DNA of 64,000 bases from Albugo candida (Eukaryota): NCBI GenBank assembly GCA_040437565.1, contig JBDOQK010000040.1:248001-312000 (forward strand). The letters are read 5' to 3'. Below, in pieces: positions 1 through 13,634 of this stretch. The position numbers and the translations under genes were made by a program. The notes under the pieces are model-generated. The model was not told the origin of the DNA and ran no database searches. It worked only from the letters and a program-made list of their open reading frames with translations. Every line of letters begins with the position of its first letter. Position 1 is the first letter of the stretch.

Positions 1-1080
1 GTCGATTCGTGTCAGAAGGATCTCAGGAGAAAGACGCAGGGTATTTCAAGTGTCGTGGTAGCTTGGCAGCAAGGCAAGAGCTAGAGACGCTTTTACACTG
101 CTCGTCATGTCAACGGTGTTTCAAGAAATAGAAACATTGTGGATACAGTGCCTGGAATAAAAAGTCTATCGTTTGCATGATGAGCATCTCGACAATTTTC
201 AATATTCACCGTCCAACTACACCGTCTTGTATTACCTCAATGTAATGGCATGTTTGAAACGAATACAAGCTGATAAAGCAACGATTAAACTTGATTGACC
301 AGGGCCTCTTTTACGAAAATGCACATTGCTACCGATGAACGTATATCAGTAATAAACATTTATTGCATCACACGAAAACTTCTCATTATCTTCTGGATCA
401 AGTGCTCCGACTTTCTTTCTGTTTCCTAACCAATAAAGTCAGTCAGAAATCGGACAACCAGACAATGGAGCAAGAGAGTGAAGGTTGATTATAGCACAGC
501 CTCTTTAATTGCTTGATAGGCATCTCTTGAATAATTATGGATCTTATATTGTCTGGAAATGAAGAATGATATTATTTGCAAAGATAATATCAAGGTTTAA
601 GTTGTGAAAAGGTAGCGGAACGGGATAATTTAGAGACTCCACTAGTCGTCTTATTATGCCATAAATGCTTTCAAGAAGATCCAATTGTAATTGCTATTGA
701 ACACATAGTAGTCGCACCTTAATAGGATAGAAAAGAGATGATAGTTAATTGCTACTCTGTAGCTTTCTGGTCAAGCATAAACGCACTAACCTAGGTCTAC
801 GAAAAAAGTATTTGAAGTGTAATCAAATTAGCAGTCAGAACACGACTCGGATACGAGCACTGAAACAATCGAGCTCTTCATACAAGCCTTGCAATTCTAC
901 ATTCTTTAACATTGAGTGAAGAAGGTGAACTTGAAGCCTATATACTATGCGCATCAAGCAAACAAGATACTCTAGTTTAAGAATATTTAGCGTTTGCCAG
1001 TCCCTCGAGAAGATTTGGCGACACGAAAGGTGTCCAGAACGGAGCACCTCAATTCTTTTACTATTCTTACCATCTCATAT
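1..1080 (-). pseudogene. Decayed member of a long unknown host gene family (paralog of 42600-44133)
   Basis: Inverted nucleotide similarity to 42600-43620, e.g. gtatttcaagtgtcgtgg (41-58) vs the revcomp near 43600, and tcttcatacaagcctt (~875-890) vs ~42678-42693. No long ORF. Confidence 0.55.
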
Positions 1081-2340
1081 GAGTACAACATTTAAAAAAA
1101 GCCTTTGAAGTCAAGCCATTTGAGGTGGCAGAGATGCGCTTCCATCAATACGATTGATAGTCGCTGCAGTTTGGAATGGAGCCAATATGACGCAAAAAGA
1201 GAAAGCACGTCGATGACGCTGCTCGTATTTATCGATATTGCGAAAAAGCAGTCGATGCAATTTGCAAATTGTGGGACACCGAAACGAAAGTTCAAAACCT
1301 AATAGGGAGTAGAATCATGTAAAGTAAGCTATAACGGATCACTTGAGAACCATACGTCAAATATATATGAAACGTAAATGTCGCAGTAAGTGATACCATT
1401 AGACAAGCGAAACCGCAGCTGATATCGCCAGCTGTTGAGCCGCTCACAAAAACTAACTTAGCATAAAACAGTAGACACATTCACTAGTGATATCGCTCGT
1501 GTCATATCCGTATGATAAATTTGACCGAAGAGTGAACTTCCTGGAGAGAAACCTATTCTAGAAAAGCATAACCCGTCAGCAACGCGGATAGAAATCAAAT
1601 TCAAAGATTGTTACATTGGAGCGCTGAAAATCAAATGATGTGTGTTCGAACAGTAGACCCTAGTCGAGTTGTAGCATTAGCAATTGTTATTGTGCATGAA
1701 CTAAATGTATCAGATTCTTGATGCTGATTAGTTTTGTGGCGTTCGCTGTTGTTCGAGGCGCATTAATTGTCGTCATTTAGATGCAATTTCCCGTGTTGTG
1801 TTGTAGAGGTAATCTTCCTGTATTCGTAAAAGATACTATACAATGAGTTTTGAAATCGAATCATGACAGCAAAAATATATATAGATAAGAAGACTCGCCA
1901 TATCGCTTGCTCTTTTGTCATTTGTGTGCAACAAGCTTTTCAATTACTTTGGGAGATCCAGTATATCGGACATCCACAGCGTGCAATCTGATCTCCAACT
2001 AAGTTTGTTTGGGAAATAAACTATGCAGCAACATTTCCTCTTGTATAGCCGTCTCGTGCTGTACGATCGTTATTAAATTAAGTCTAGTGTGTCGCATAAG
2101 CGATTCGCGAGCGTTCTTGTTCGATTGTATGTCGAGCAGGATTCCTTGGACGACGTGACGGTATCCATGATAGAAAGTACCAAATACAAGTCCTTGATCA
2201 CGAAAACGCCCAGTTTTTTGACTTTGTTGCGCTTTTTCTTTATCGACGAAAACAATGTGACAATAAAGTCGGACATATAGGCAAGCACGCATAGAAGCAT
2301 CATTGTCTCTAAATAACGTCAATAGTTTATATTCATTCTT

Positions 2341-2356
2341 CTCATTTTCCAATTCC
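2341..2356 (+). promoter_or_regulatory. Oomycete Inr/FPR-like core promoter motif
   Basis: CTCATTTTCCAATTCC about 35-50 nt upstream of the ATG at 2389; resembles the TCATTYY..AWTTY oomycete initiator/FPR consensus. Confidence 0.5.
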
Positions 2357-2388
2357 TTTTCTACTTACCAGGTGCCATCGTCGCCAAT

Positions 2389-2970
2389 ATGAAGTTTGTT
2401 CTACATGGATTCCATGTGGTTATTTGGCAGATTCTGATTGTAAAAATTCAGGATGATAATTGTCCCTACTCATTCGATTTGCAGTCATATTATGAATGCA
2501 AAACAAACGTTCTGAATGAATACGATCTTACCCCAGAAGGATCAGGCGCAAATTGTGAAACGTTTCAGTACTATTTTTATGGCGATGAGTTAGTCATGTC
2601 GACACCCCGAACCCGCGTACCTAACCGAGTATAAGGGGATAATAAAAAAATAAGCATAAGCACGGTAGGAGTATCATGTTTTATATTGCTAGATATCGAA
2701 TGAAGCATAAAAATAGCAACACGACCGTAGACGCGACTCCATTAAGTTTTATGGTAGCTATGTTTTTCAATTTTGACGAACCAAGGATTGTGGTACCTGC
2801 AATACTTGTTCAATTCAGACAAGATACTGAATACGAATTTACTTTAATTCAAGGCAGATCACCTCCGGAAAGTGCATTGGTGTTAATTCGCGTCAAGAAA
2901 ACGGTATTTTTGGCAACGCGCTGACAAAGTCGAGAAAAATAAGTTTCATAAAGACTTCACACGAGAAATT
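2389..2970 (+). pseudogene. Disrupted putative secreted protein, divergent pepsin-like family (copy 1)
   Basis: Hydrophobic N-terminus MKFVLHGFHVVIWQILIV, then CPY...CETFQYYFYG, later VAMFFNFDEPRIVVP and (shifted frame) GIFGNALTKSRKISF. These motifs are shared with the genes starting at 27129 and 32394. Contains stops and frameshifts. Confidence 0.55.
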
Positions 2971-3169
2971 TGAAGCACACGTCGGGTCCACTGATCCAAA
3001 AGCTGATCCTTCATTAGGATTCAGCCTTTCATGGAAAAAAATACGAGCATTTTCAGCCTGCTTATCCGAGACGAAGGCAAAATAAATCATTTATTACTCT
3101 CGTGAGCTGCACAAGACTGCGAGCAATCAATATGGATTGCACCAACGCATTCGGATTGAATATTTTTTA

Positions 3170-3654
3170 AGGAACCGTTAAAATCCCTTCAGTTTGATAT
3201 GGTTGGCTGATTTTCTGCTTGCATAGTGCCAACGTACGCTTAGGTAAGGGACAATATGATAGCACTGTCCGCTACTTTTCGACGTGAACTATTTCGCGCT
3301 CAATTTTGCAATCACTCAGTTCAGTTAACGTTCGCGTTTGTACGTGTAGCTGACTATTGCTAGACTATCTCGCAGTTCACGGTTTGTTAATAACACAAGA
3401 ACCTTCTATACTATACACTAAGTCATAATATTTCACTGTGTTAGGGTCATTCATGACACAAGAATCTTATTTTCTATATATTTGGTCGTTGAAGATGGTT
3501 TCCGGGGTGAGAATGATAGACTCTTTTGCAGTCGATATGGTTGAATTCTCAGTCTCGGAAGTAGCCAATCATATCGAATCGTTTCGCACATTAGCCAATC
3601 AGATCAAACTGAGGGGATTCTACCAAATGGACTGAGGGGATTTTTACGGTTCCC
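3170..3654. mobile_element. MITE-like non-autonomous DNA transposon (copy 1)
   Basis: Inverted ends ggaaccgttaaaatcccttcagtttgat / atcaaactgaggggat...gatttttacggttcc; a diverged second copy lies at 38820-39328; no coding capacity. Confidence 0.7.
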
Positions 3655-3924
3655 GTTCTTTAATAATTTGCCTTATTTGCCATGTCAAAAATACCTAATA
3701 TGATGTNNNNNNNNNNNNNNNNNNNNNNNNNNNNNNNNNNNNNNNNNNNNNNNNNNNNNNNNNNNNNNNNNNNNNNNNNNNNNNNNNNNNNNNNNNNNNN
3801 NNNNNNACCGTTCACACCGTCGCATTCCAGCCTCTGTTCTTATGAACGTTAATGCACTTCTAAACTAGATTAGAGATATACACATAACCAACAAAGAAAA
3901 TATGTAAGTCTATATCAGATTTCT

Positions 3925-4227
3925 AACACACTATCTATTTTCAAATGGTCCTTTCTAATTAGCTAAAACAATTATCTATTTTTAGGTGGTCCTTTCTAAT
4001 TGGTTAAAAAAGTATCTATTTTTAGATGTCCGGCCAAATTTCCAAAGCTCCATACATAACCACGAAAATTTGCCGAACTTCAAAGGCTTCTAACTTCATC
4101 AAAAATAAATTTTGCAAAAAATCCGACTCTATTGCCAGATAGCCACGGCAATGTACTTTTAAGGTATAGAGAGATATTTTTGTTTAAGTGGGTAATTAAG
4201 TGTCCCAAAATTCTTGCGCACCGAGTG
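3925..4227. mobile_element. Possible DNA transposon end (Tc1/mariner-like terminus) with ~40-bp subterminal repeats
   Basis: About 2.5 copies of tatctattttt..tggtcctttctaatt at 3930-4030; ends in gtgtcccaaaattcttgcgcaccgagtg, which resembles a TIR. The partner end is not visible (gap). Confidence 0.35.
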
Positions 4228-4499
4228 GAGGTGCTGGTTATAGGTGTCGTGCACTGTACTATTTTCTTTCCATGTCACATTGATTGATGTAAAATATCAA
4301 GTAAACCTTACGGGTGGGGAATAATTTGACTACTCTGAATGCTTACGATCTAAGCTTTGAAGGAGGGGCTCGAATTTGTTTCTGCTTCTGCTGAAAGAAA
4401 ATCATACCGGTGGTATCATTAAAGCTTCGCTTCTGACAGCACTTCGTCAAATGCTGTGCTAGATAGCTTGTACACTATTCAGTTCTCACAAAGAGCTAA

Positions 4500-7400
4500 G
4501 CTTAGGATGGCTTTTCTCTTCTCATGCACTGAATTATATATACTAAGCATCTCCTTACGCTTATTATTCCTGACAATCGATCTCTCATGATTAACACGAC
4601 TAGTACAGTTCGATTTGAGCAAACAAACTCATCCACATTGATCAATTGCACGTCTCTTATAACATCGTATACTATCTTGGGGAGTTCCAGACCAGTCTTC
4701 GCTACGTTAGATTGACTTGCGGCGGCGCCTAATTCAAGAGCTTGCACGTTAGCTTCTACGCTTCTCAATTATAATCAATCATTCATTACTGTTAGAGTCT
4801 TTCGCTTGGGTCATGAGCTTCCTATACGAATTGCTGCTTCTGGTGAACTCTCGTGGACTCATATAAACCTGTATTGAACCTGGGAGATAGCCAACTCAAT
4901 CTCTCTGCAGCGAGAAATTCTAGCAGTATAATGATTCATTGTACAGAAATAGGAGCGAGTGCTTCCTCGCAAACGAGTCTATTTTCGAAGATCGGACAAG
5001 CGGCATAAAGCTAGTAAATAATGCATTGGAAAGGATGCGAATAAATCGTAAAATGCACATGTCCGACCCGAGTTCAAAAGCTTTGTGATTTTGGTTGGAG
5101 AACATTGAGGATGTAGATCAAAAAAGAGTAGATTTCTGAGCTTCCATAGCAAGTCGGTTTCCATGCTTCTTGCATACACCACGAAGAAGAATGATGCCTG
5201 CTGGTTTATAAAAACTTACTGCACTAGACACTCGCGAACATTCATGTCTTTAGTACCCTTACTAGCTTCCATAGCAAGTCGGTTTCCATGCTTCTTGCAT
5301 ACACCACGAAGAAGAATGATGCCTGCTGGTTTATAAAAACTTACTGCACTAGACACTCGCGAACATTCATGTCTTTAGTACCCTTACTAGCTTCCATAGC
5401 AAGTCGGTTTCCATGCTTCTTGCATACACCACGAAGAAGAATGATGCCTGCTGGTTTATAAAAACTTACTGCACTAGACACTCGCGAACATTCATGTCTT
5501 TAGTACCCTTACTAGCTTCCATAGCAAGTCGGTTTCCATGCTTCTTGCATACACCACGAAGAAGAATGATGCCTGCTGGTTTATAAAAACTTACTGCACT
5601 AGACACTCGCGAACATTCATGTCTTTAGTACCCTTACTAGCTTCCATAGCAAGTCGGTTTCCATGCTTCTTGCATACACCACGAAGAAGAATGATGCCTG
5701 CTGGTTTATAAAAACTTACTGCACTAGACACTCGCGAACATTCATGTCTTTAGTACCCTTACTAGCTTCCATAGCAAGTCGGTTTCCATGCTTCTTGCAT
5801 ACACCACGAAGAAGAATGATGCCTGCTGGTTTATAAAAACTTACTGCACTAGACACTCGCGAACATTCATGTCTTTAGTACCCTTACTAGNNNNNNNNNN
5901 NNNNNNNNNNNNNNNNNNNNNNNNNNNNNNNNNNNNNNNNNNNNNNNNNNNNNNNNNNNNNNNNNNNNNNNNNNNNNNNNNNNNNNNNNNAGCTTCCATA
6001 GCAAGTCGGTTTCCATGCTTCTTGCATACACCACGAAGAAGAATGATGCCTGCTGGTTTATAAAAACTTACTGCACTAGACACTCGCGAACATTCATGTC
6101 TTTAGTACCCTTACTAGCTTCCATAGCAAGTCGGTTTCCATGCTTCTTGCATACACCACGAAGAAGAATGATGCCTGCTGGTTTATAAAAACTTACTGCA
6201 CTAGACACTCGCGAACATTCATGTCTTTAGTACCCTTACTAGCTTCCATAGCAAGTCGGTTTCCATGCTTCTTGCATACACCACGAAGAAGAATGATGCC
6301 TGCTGGTTTATAAAAACTTACTGCACTAGACACTCGCGAACATTCATGTCTTTAGTACCCTTACTAGCTTCCATAGCAAGTCGGTTTCCATGCTTCTTGC
6401 ATACACCACGAAGAAGAATGATGCCTGCTGGTTTATAAAAACTTACTGCACTAGACACTCGCGAACATTCATGTCTTTAGTACCCTTACTAGCTTCCATA
6501 GCAAGTCGGTTTCCATGCTTCTTGCATACACCACGAAGAAGAATGATGCCTGCTGGTTTATAAAAACTTACTGCACTAGACACTCGCGAACATTCATGTC
6601 TTTAGTACCCTTACTAGCTTCCATAGCAAGTCGGTTTCCATGCTTCTTGCATACACCACGAAGAAGAATGATGCCTGCTGGTTTATAAAAACTTACTGCA
6701 CTAGACACTCGCGAACATTCATGTCTTTAGTACCCTTACTAGATTCTAATTCATAGGAGAGAGTAATATGATCGAATTCTGCACATAGCAAACTTGAATG
6801 TCATCGTCTCTACAGCTGAAAGGTATCATCGTCATCATCAACTAATATTTATAAACGATCGGACTTGGTCGCGATCATAAAATCTTAGTCAACTGTCAAT
6901 GTGAGATATGCTATTTGTTTGACGGCATGTATGGGACAATATACGGATTTTTCTGCAAAAGGCGAGCTTTCATCTGCTTAATAGAATCTTTCTATTAACC
7001 ATTGCAAAGTGCGGTCCAAAGTGAAGCACTCTATAGATATCTGCCAAGATGACTCATCGTCCCGATTGAAGGTTTGAAATTGGCAAAATCTCATCACATC
7101 TAGCATCAGGCGACTAGCTTCAAAAGTCCCTCTTAGGCTATTTTGGTCCAGGGTACCTTAAGTGGGCAATTTGCGGTATCCTATTGATGGTCGCGCTGAT
7201 CAAATTGCGGCAAAAGCCCTTAGAATAGAAGTTTTACACTGCGGATGTCGTTGATCTCTGAAGTGCTTCTATTGCAGATGTGATTGTTCATTGAGTTCAA
7301 CTCGGGTAATTATGGCACATCCGAAAGTCATGAATCTACTTGCATTCGGTTGAAGCTTTCATGAGAATTACTAAAGTGTCACAGGGTGCGACCCAGTGGT

Positions 7401-9210
7401 CCAAGTTGATGTAGCACGTTAAGATATATTTCAAAAGAGAAGAGCCAAAAGAAGTACCACGTCGTGGCACATACACGATTCGGTAAGATCGGAAAGGTTC
7501 TTCAAGGTAGTGCCCAACTACCAGGAAAGCTGATCGTTCAAAACGGGTATCAAGGATACAAAACAAGTTAAGCACCATGATGAGTGCTTCCAAATTTTTC
7601 GTGACATACTTTGAAGTCAAAAGAGAAAATATTATCATACGCCTGATAGCTACGTATGGAGCAACTGGTCATCTCTCTGTTGTACGAGAGTTCTTGAAAT
7701 TGTATGCGATACCAAGATGAATTTCACTAGGGAATTCAATCAGTGACACACATGATATTCACTTTTAATGCATGTCCCTGTGGCTCGAACTTTACACGAC
7801 CGAGTATTTCATAATTTATTTTCTCGATCCACACACGCAACCAAACACTTAAGGTCCGTTTCAGCTCGTAAAAAGAACATCATCATCAGGATGATTTCAA
7901 TATTACCTAAATCTATTCGAAAGCTCAGTATCCTTTGTTATGATGAATTTCGAACACAAGCGTTCACGAGGTTACATGCGCCTTTCCAGTAAGTTAATAG
8001 AAGTGAGTTCTTGTCCAAGATGCAGCGATTCCAGGTCCCTCTGGATATGTGATGGGATTAATTTGAGGTTTTACGAAGTGCACTGGAATCGAACAGGCTA
8101 GCTTAAGTATTTCAGTTATAATTGCACTGAGAAAGCATTGTTACATGGTGCAAAATGGATTGGAATCATGCAATTGAACTCAATCATTCTCGAGCATCTA
8201 ATTCTGAAGCGATTTGCATTCAGTACGCTATTCAATCGGTTGCAAATTTTATTGTTCTGACATAATGTATCTCTTTTTTACAAAATGTTTATTACCTCAG
8301 TATGCACTTCGATGGTCCACAAACGTTCTCCAATATATTGATAACATCAGATGGAACAAGAACCTGTGCAGCATTGCTCAGCATTATACGTCAACGTCGG
8401 ATTTACTCTCAAGTCTAGGGAACAGGTTGTGATAGCATGGTACAATTGTGTCTCATTTTTATGATATCTCAGTGTATTAGCGTAACGGAACCCATGCGTC
8501 CGACAAGGATCTGGTTCTTCTTCGAAGTTAGTCTTGATATCCTGATAACGCTGTCTGAAGTCACTTGTTACTATATAGCTTCGAGCTTGCGGTCGATTTA
8601 GGTATGCTTTTATACCACGACCTTCTCGCTTCGTTGAGCATTGATATTTGATCTAAAAGGCACTGATGATTCGTGCGCTTTCTCTGTTATACGATAGAAC
8701 CAAGGCTCAATCTTCATACAAGAATGACACGCATCATTAGACACGAACGAGTCAGCCTTTGTTTTTGAGCATTTCATGTAAATTCTTCACTTTTCTATAT
8801 ATCTCCATCAGAATTTCTTAATTTGGAAAAAAATGCTCATTCCGTTACTGCGCGGTTGCAATAGGCGCGTATGTTGATGTTGCTGAAGCGAACAGAAATG
8901 ATAATAAGATTGATATCAACGTCCAGCAGCTCACTATTGTCATGCTACACTTGGCTCCGATTCCCAAGACTTGCAAGGTTGATTAAAATGTATCGTATGC
9001 ACTTCATCTACTCAAGCCGCTCTACGATTCACCGCGATCAAGCAACTTTCATTCGGCTATCGTCATATTTGAATTTGAGCTGTTGTACGCGAAACGAGGC
9101 CGATACTTGTACAACGCTATCAGTTGCCCCAAACTTCTTCGGAATTAATTTCGGCCAGTGTAATCACAAGTACGGAAAGTGTGTAGAAACGATTGATAAG
9201 TGGTACGCCA
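4500..9210 (-). pseudogene. Long decayed host gene, paralog of 17500-19620, containing the 125-bp array
   Basis: Collinear DNA similarity of ~4540-8130 with ~17500-19620 (e.g. aactgtcaat..gctatttgtttgac; gagttcttg.caagatgcagcga). Many stops and frameshifts. A possible disrupted signal-peptide start lies near 9210; the 5' boundary is uncertain. Confidence 0.6.
5139..6742. repeat. Perfect tandem array, 125-bp unit, 12 visible copies (6 each side of a gap)
   Basis: Unit agcttccatagcaagtcgg...gtacccttact starts at 5139, 5264, 5389, 5514, 5639, 5764 and 5991, 6116, 6241, 6366, 6491, 6616. Confidence 0.97.
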
Positions 9211-9554
9211 TGTTAATGAAAAGCACAATAGGTAACATTTTTTCTAGCGCTTTTATTGTATTCTTCCTGTCATGAGATGAGTCAAATTACCCAAATACGG
9301 TAATATTTTATCATTTCTAGTAAACGTATACGGTAATGGATGTAAATTGGCTACAAAGTAATGCAAGCAGTCTGCAGTCCAGCGTCAAGCTCATGTCTAC
9401 AATTGAGATTTTTATTACTCGACTACAAAGTTGCTGCACACGGAATACCATATCATAATATGAGTGAAGGTAGAATTCTTGACGAAAAGAAAAATCAAAT
9501 CTCATCTATTCGGATGTTTTAATGATTTATTGAACTGGATGATTCAAAAATTGA

Positions 9555-10135
9555 TCAGGTTCGCTGATGAAGAATGTACATGTGTTGGTCTACAAACTTG
9601 ATAGGGTGAGTATTGGCAAGTGCAGCGCCAATGACCCAAGCATCGCTGCGACTACGGCGAACGGCAATGAAGCAACAGTTGTTGTTTGCCCGCACAAAAT
9701 AATTCGGCTTTGAAAGTGTGAATGCTTCATTACCAACATGATCGCTGAACTTTAATGTCGGAAGCTCCAAGTTGGTAATTTCATCACAGTCAGTTGATAG
9801 ACCAGTTATCTTAGGCATTGCTTGCATTAATTGATCAAATGCCGGACTTGGGAACTGGCTGATAGCATTTTGTAAGTCAAAAAACACGACTCCTTTGTTG
9901 GTACCGGCTTTGACACCGNNNNNNNNNNNNNNNNNNNNNNNNNNNNNNNNNNNNNNNNNNNNNNNNNNNNNNNNNNNNNNNNNNNNNNNNNNNNNNNNNN
10001 NNNNNNNNNNNNNNNNNNTGACGACTCATCAACAATCATGCAATCACCCAATACTGGGTGACTCATGAGGGTTGCCACGTCACTACAAGTGGACGCTAGC
10101 ACCCTGGGTTGTGTCGATATGTCGACTTGAACCAT
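9555..10135 (-). CDS. Pepsin-like (A1 aspartic protease fold) protein with degenerate catalytic motif, interrupted by an assembly gap (copy 2)
   Basis: VVFFDLQNAISQFP...TDCDEITNLELPTLKF...FTLSKPNYF...CFIAV...WVIGAALA follows the pepsin C-lobe pattern (IVDTGT, C..LPTLTF, WILG). DTG is replaced by DLQ. Linkage of the 5' part across the gap is uncertain. Confidence 0.6.
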
Positions 10136-10259
10136 TGTTTTCGAGAGGAAAGAGTTGAAACAAGTTTTTTTTTCGAGGTGTTTTTACTTAATTAGCGGGT
10201 TACTTAGTGTCCGGCAAATTGAGAAGTGTTTGGCTATTTCAGTATGAAGGTGTCTAGAT

Positions 10260-13200
10260 CAGTGACGCACACTTCTCTATATAGACTTGTAGACTCTTGT
10301 CAAGTAGACATTTCTGCCATTGTCAGCATCGATCACAGCCACCACTCTCCTTGTAGAAATTATGCTGACACCCATACATCTGTATGGGATCTCAGTTCCC
10401 ATACAAAACATGGAGTCAGCATCAATCCTACACAACACACGACACAACAACACAACAACCAACAAATTAAACATCAACAAAAACGATATATCATCGTAAT
10501 CATCATCGATCAACAAGCAACGATCATCTACCATCTATCATCATCGAGCAACATCACCACCATGGCTCCGCCAAGGCACGGCTACAGCAAATATGTGATA
10601 TTTACGGGGAAGAAATCGAATACGAAAAATGAGCTGGTTATCTGCAAATTGTGTAGTGAGGGTATTTCTAACGAGTGGGCACTCGAGAACTTCAGAACAG
10701 TCAACAAGAACTTGGTCACGAACCACTTAAAGAAGTGCGAGTATTATAAGCAGCTGATCACTAGAGAGACTTAATCCCTCAACTAATAAAGAAGTTTTTG
10801 ATGATGATGAGGCAGAAGTAGAAGAAGAAGTAGGAGGTGCGGTTACAACAAGGAAACGGAGCTCAAATTCTGCATTTGTGACAGAACACCACGAAGACGA
10901 TGATAATCAACGGCAGCTGGCGGCAAAAAGCTAGCTGCTGCGACGACCATCAAGAATAGTGGTAGGAATAGTTGCAGCAGCAGCAGTAGCAGTAGTCGTG
11001 GCACAATGGATGGGTATGCCGTGAAACTCAGTACAAGCACCAGTTCAAAGCTAGAAAGAAGCTTGATTATGACCACTATTAAAAACGTATGGTCGTTCAA
11101 CTAGGTAGAGCGCGCAGAAAGTGTTGCTTCTTACAGAGTGCTTCATCCTGGAGTGGATTTGCCGTCGACAAAAGCTCTTGCTGGTCACATTTTGAAGAAA
11201 TTTTGCTTGAGGAGGAAGGCAAGATGGTCGCTTCCTTAAGGGATGCGGGGTACAGACATTGTTCTTTGACTCTTGGAAGAGCGTGAGGAAAGAAAACATC
11301 TTGGGTATAATCCTGGCTACCTCGAGCGGAGGGATCTTTGTTGGGGACAACATCAGTATAGAACGATCCCGTTCGGGCGAAGAGCTCACGCCTTTTGTAC
11401 TCAACTATCTTGAGAATTTAAAGTCAAGACATGACCTGCACGTTGTTGGACTGACCTCATACGCATGTTGGAGCTATGCTAAGACAAGAAGGATCCTTCG
11501 AGCTCAAAAGCGTGACGTAGCATACCTACTATGCTTTGCACACCAAACCAATCTTATAGTGGGAGATATTTTCAAGTCAGTCCCTGATTACAAGGAGATG
11601 GCTAAGAAAGCAATCAAAGTCGTGGGAATATTCAATGCAAGCACTTACCACTTGGGAAACCCAAAGAAGCCCCAAAGAGACTTGAAAGTCCCGGAGCTGG
11701 CCCTTATAAAACCGTGGGATACTTGTTGGCAATGATGTAGGCGCATGGCTAGTGCTTTGCTTCTTAGCAAAGCACCGTTAAAGGTAAACTATTGTGGGCT
11801 TTCACAAAACTTTGGCATATCATCAGCATGTTGCTCATCCTGCGTTCCAATCACTTAGGCTTATGCCAATGCCAACGCCCATGCTACTGAAGACGACGTC
11901 ATCAAACTTCCTGAAGATATCTATGACATTATAGAGAGCGATCGGTTATTCTGGCAGCTGCTCGACTAGTTGAATGGCGTTTTAGACGAGTTGACTATGT
12001 AGATCAACGTGATACAGGCAGAAAAGAGAAGACTGGACTTCGTTCCTGCCAATCCTGTTCTCGCTAGCACAGTTCTTTGAGAAGAACGGGAAGGATGAGC
12101 TTTCAACTCACATTTTCGACAGACTAGAGCGACGGTGGAAGGAGTGCGAGTAACCGTTACTCATTTTGGCGTTCGTTCCGAATCCTGCTCTTGGTTGGAA
12201 GTTGATATCTTCCACATCTGGTGTGACTCTCATCAAAGTGCTCTGCTGGGCTCAATATTACTATAAGTCATATTTGGGACAAGAATCCACCACTCTATCG
12301 ACCGAGCTGCTAGGCCATACTAGCGGAAGCAAATATTGGTGTGGTGCGTCGATGATTTCTCGTCTCTCTCCAAAACAATCTCAATCAATGATATTGGACG
12401 AGAAGACAACGGATGAGAAGACAATGGACGAGAAGGACCAGGACTTTCATTGGAAGCTGAACTTTGAAGGTTTACATACTGGAGAAGCTGTGCAGGAGAT
12501 TGTCCTGAACTTGCCAAGCTTTCTCTGCACATATTTGGGATAGTGATTTCGTCTGCTCCCGTGGAAAGCTCTTCAGTGACATGGGCTTTATAAAGTCGGA
12601 TCGGCGTAATTTGCCTGGACGGAAGAAGTTACTTGGAATTATACAGCTCAGAGCCCGCCAGAAGAATGAAGAGCGGGAAAGAAACAAGAAAAAGCTCCTC
12701 TTGCACCAAGCGATAAAACCGAATAGCCAAGTTTCGTCTCGCCAGGGTGTCGTTCAACCCATGGTAGTGATTGATGAGTCCGACGGCGAGGAAGACATCG
12801 ACGAAGGTAACTCGGACCCCGAAGACGCAGCAGCAGCTGATATAGACCGGCGGCCGGATTTCAGGCCAAGCGATGATGTTGCTGCTGAAACGTTTCGAAT
12901 GTTTAACAGCATGATTCAGGAGCTCGAAGAGGATATAATAGAGGAGGCTAATAATTTTCAGGATGAGAAAGAGGAGCAGGATCAGGAGGTCAACAATGAC
13001 ATTATCGCTGGCGGCCGGAGGGCTCCATCACCAGAGGACTTAAGCTTTGAGAATGTGCATCCATGTGACGACTGCAAGTTGAAATTTCAGATCCTCAATC
13101 TTCTGGAGTTCCAGGACAAGGATTTTGATGATGATGGAACAATGGTTACCGTTTTTCTTCTGCTAAACATGGAAGAGACTGAGTCACTGAGAGAAACGGA

Positions 13201-13634
13201 ATATATAAAAAAAATATATCAATTGATTGCATATGATATATATATTACATACGCTGTTGATAGATGTTGACGCATAGTGGTCATGTTGTTTATCCGCCTG
13301 TCCCCTCCTCCTTATTGTCGGTATCATATCTATATGTCTTGTAATGTCTAATACATCTTCTTTTTTCATGATCATCAATAGCATGCATAATCAGAGAGGT
13401 ATTCAAAAGGCTTTGCTACTAGCGAAAGAATACCTATCATCATAGCGTCATCTTCATCATCATCAGCAGCCATTTTATACTGATTAGTATGAGGAATGCA
13501 GCTCTCCATTATTTTATACTGAAAGCTGTTGTAGACGAGGATGTAGACTGATAGACAAAGTTAAAAGATGTTGACTGGAAGTAGACAGGACACATCTACG
13601 ACTCAGCTTGCAGACATGTCAGAATCCATCACTG
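10260..13634 (+). mobile_element. hAT DNA transposon, defective
   Basis: Termini CAGTGACG / CATCACTG; 8-bp TSD GTCTAGAT (10252-10259) vs GTCTATAT (13635-13642); (g)tagac subterminal motifs at both ends; transposase remnants inside. Confidence 0.88.
10562..13270 (+). pseudogene. hAT transposase pseudogene (BED-finger-like, DUF659-like, dimerisation region, acidic tail)
   Basis: CKLC...HLKKC; FDSWKSV; CFAHQTNLIVGD (CxxH); KPWDTCW (TRW-like); LFSDMGFIKSDRRN. Split by many stops and frameshifts. Confidence 0.85.

Noticed and set aside
1105-1302. RanBP2-like zinc-finger remnant (W..C...N, CGTPK)
   Set aside because: Cysteine spacing is incomplete and too short to support.
5139-6742. CRISPR-like array
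   Set aside because: Units are identical head-to-tail with no variable spacers, there are no cas genes, and the context is eukaryotic.
12581-13270. Stand-alone 229-aa acidic protein gene
   Set aside because: It is the C-terminal piece of the broken hAT transposase inside the TIRs.
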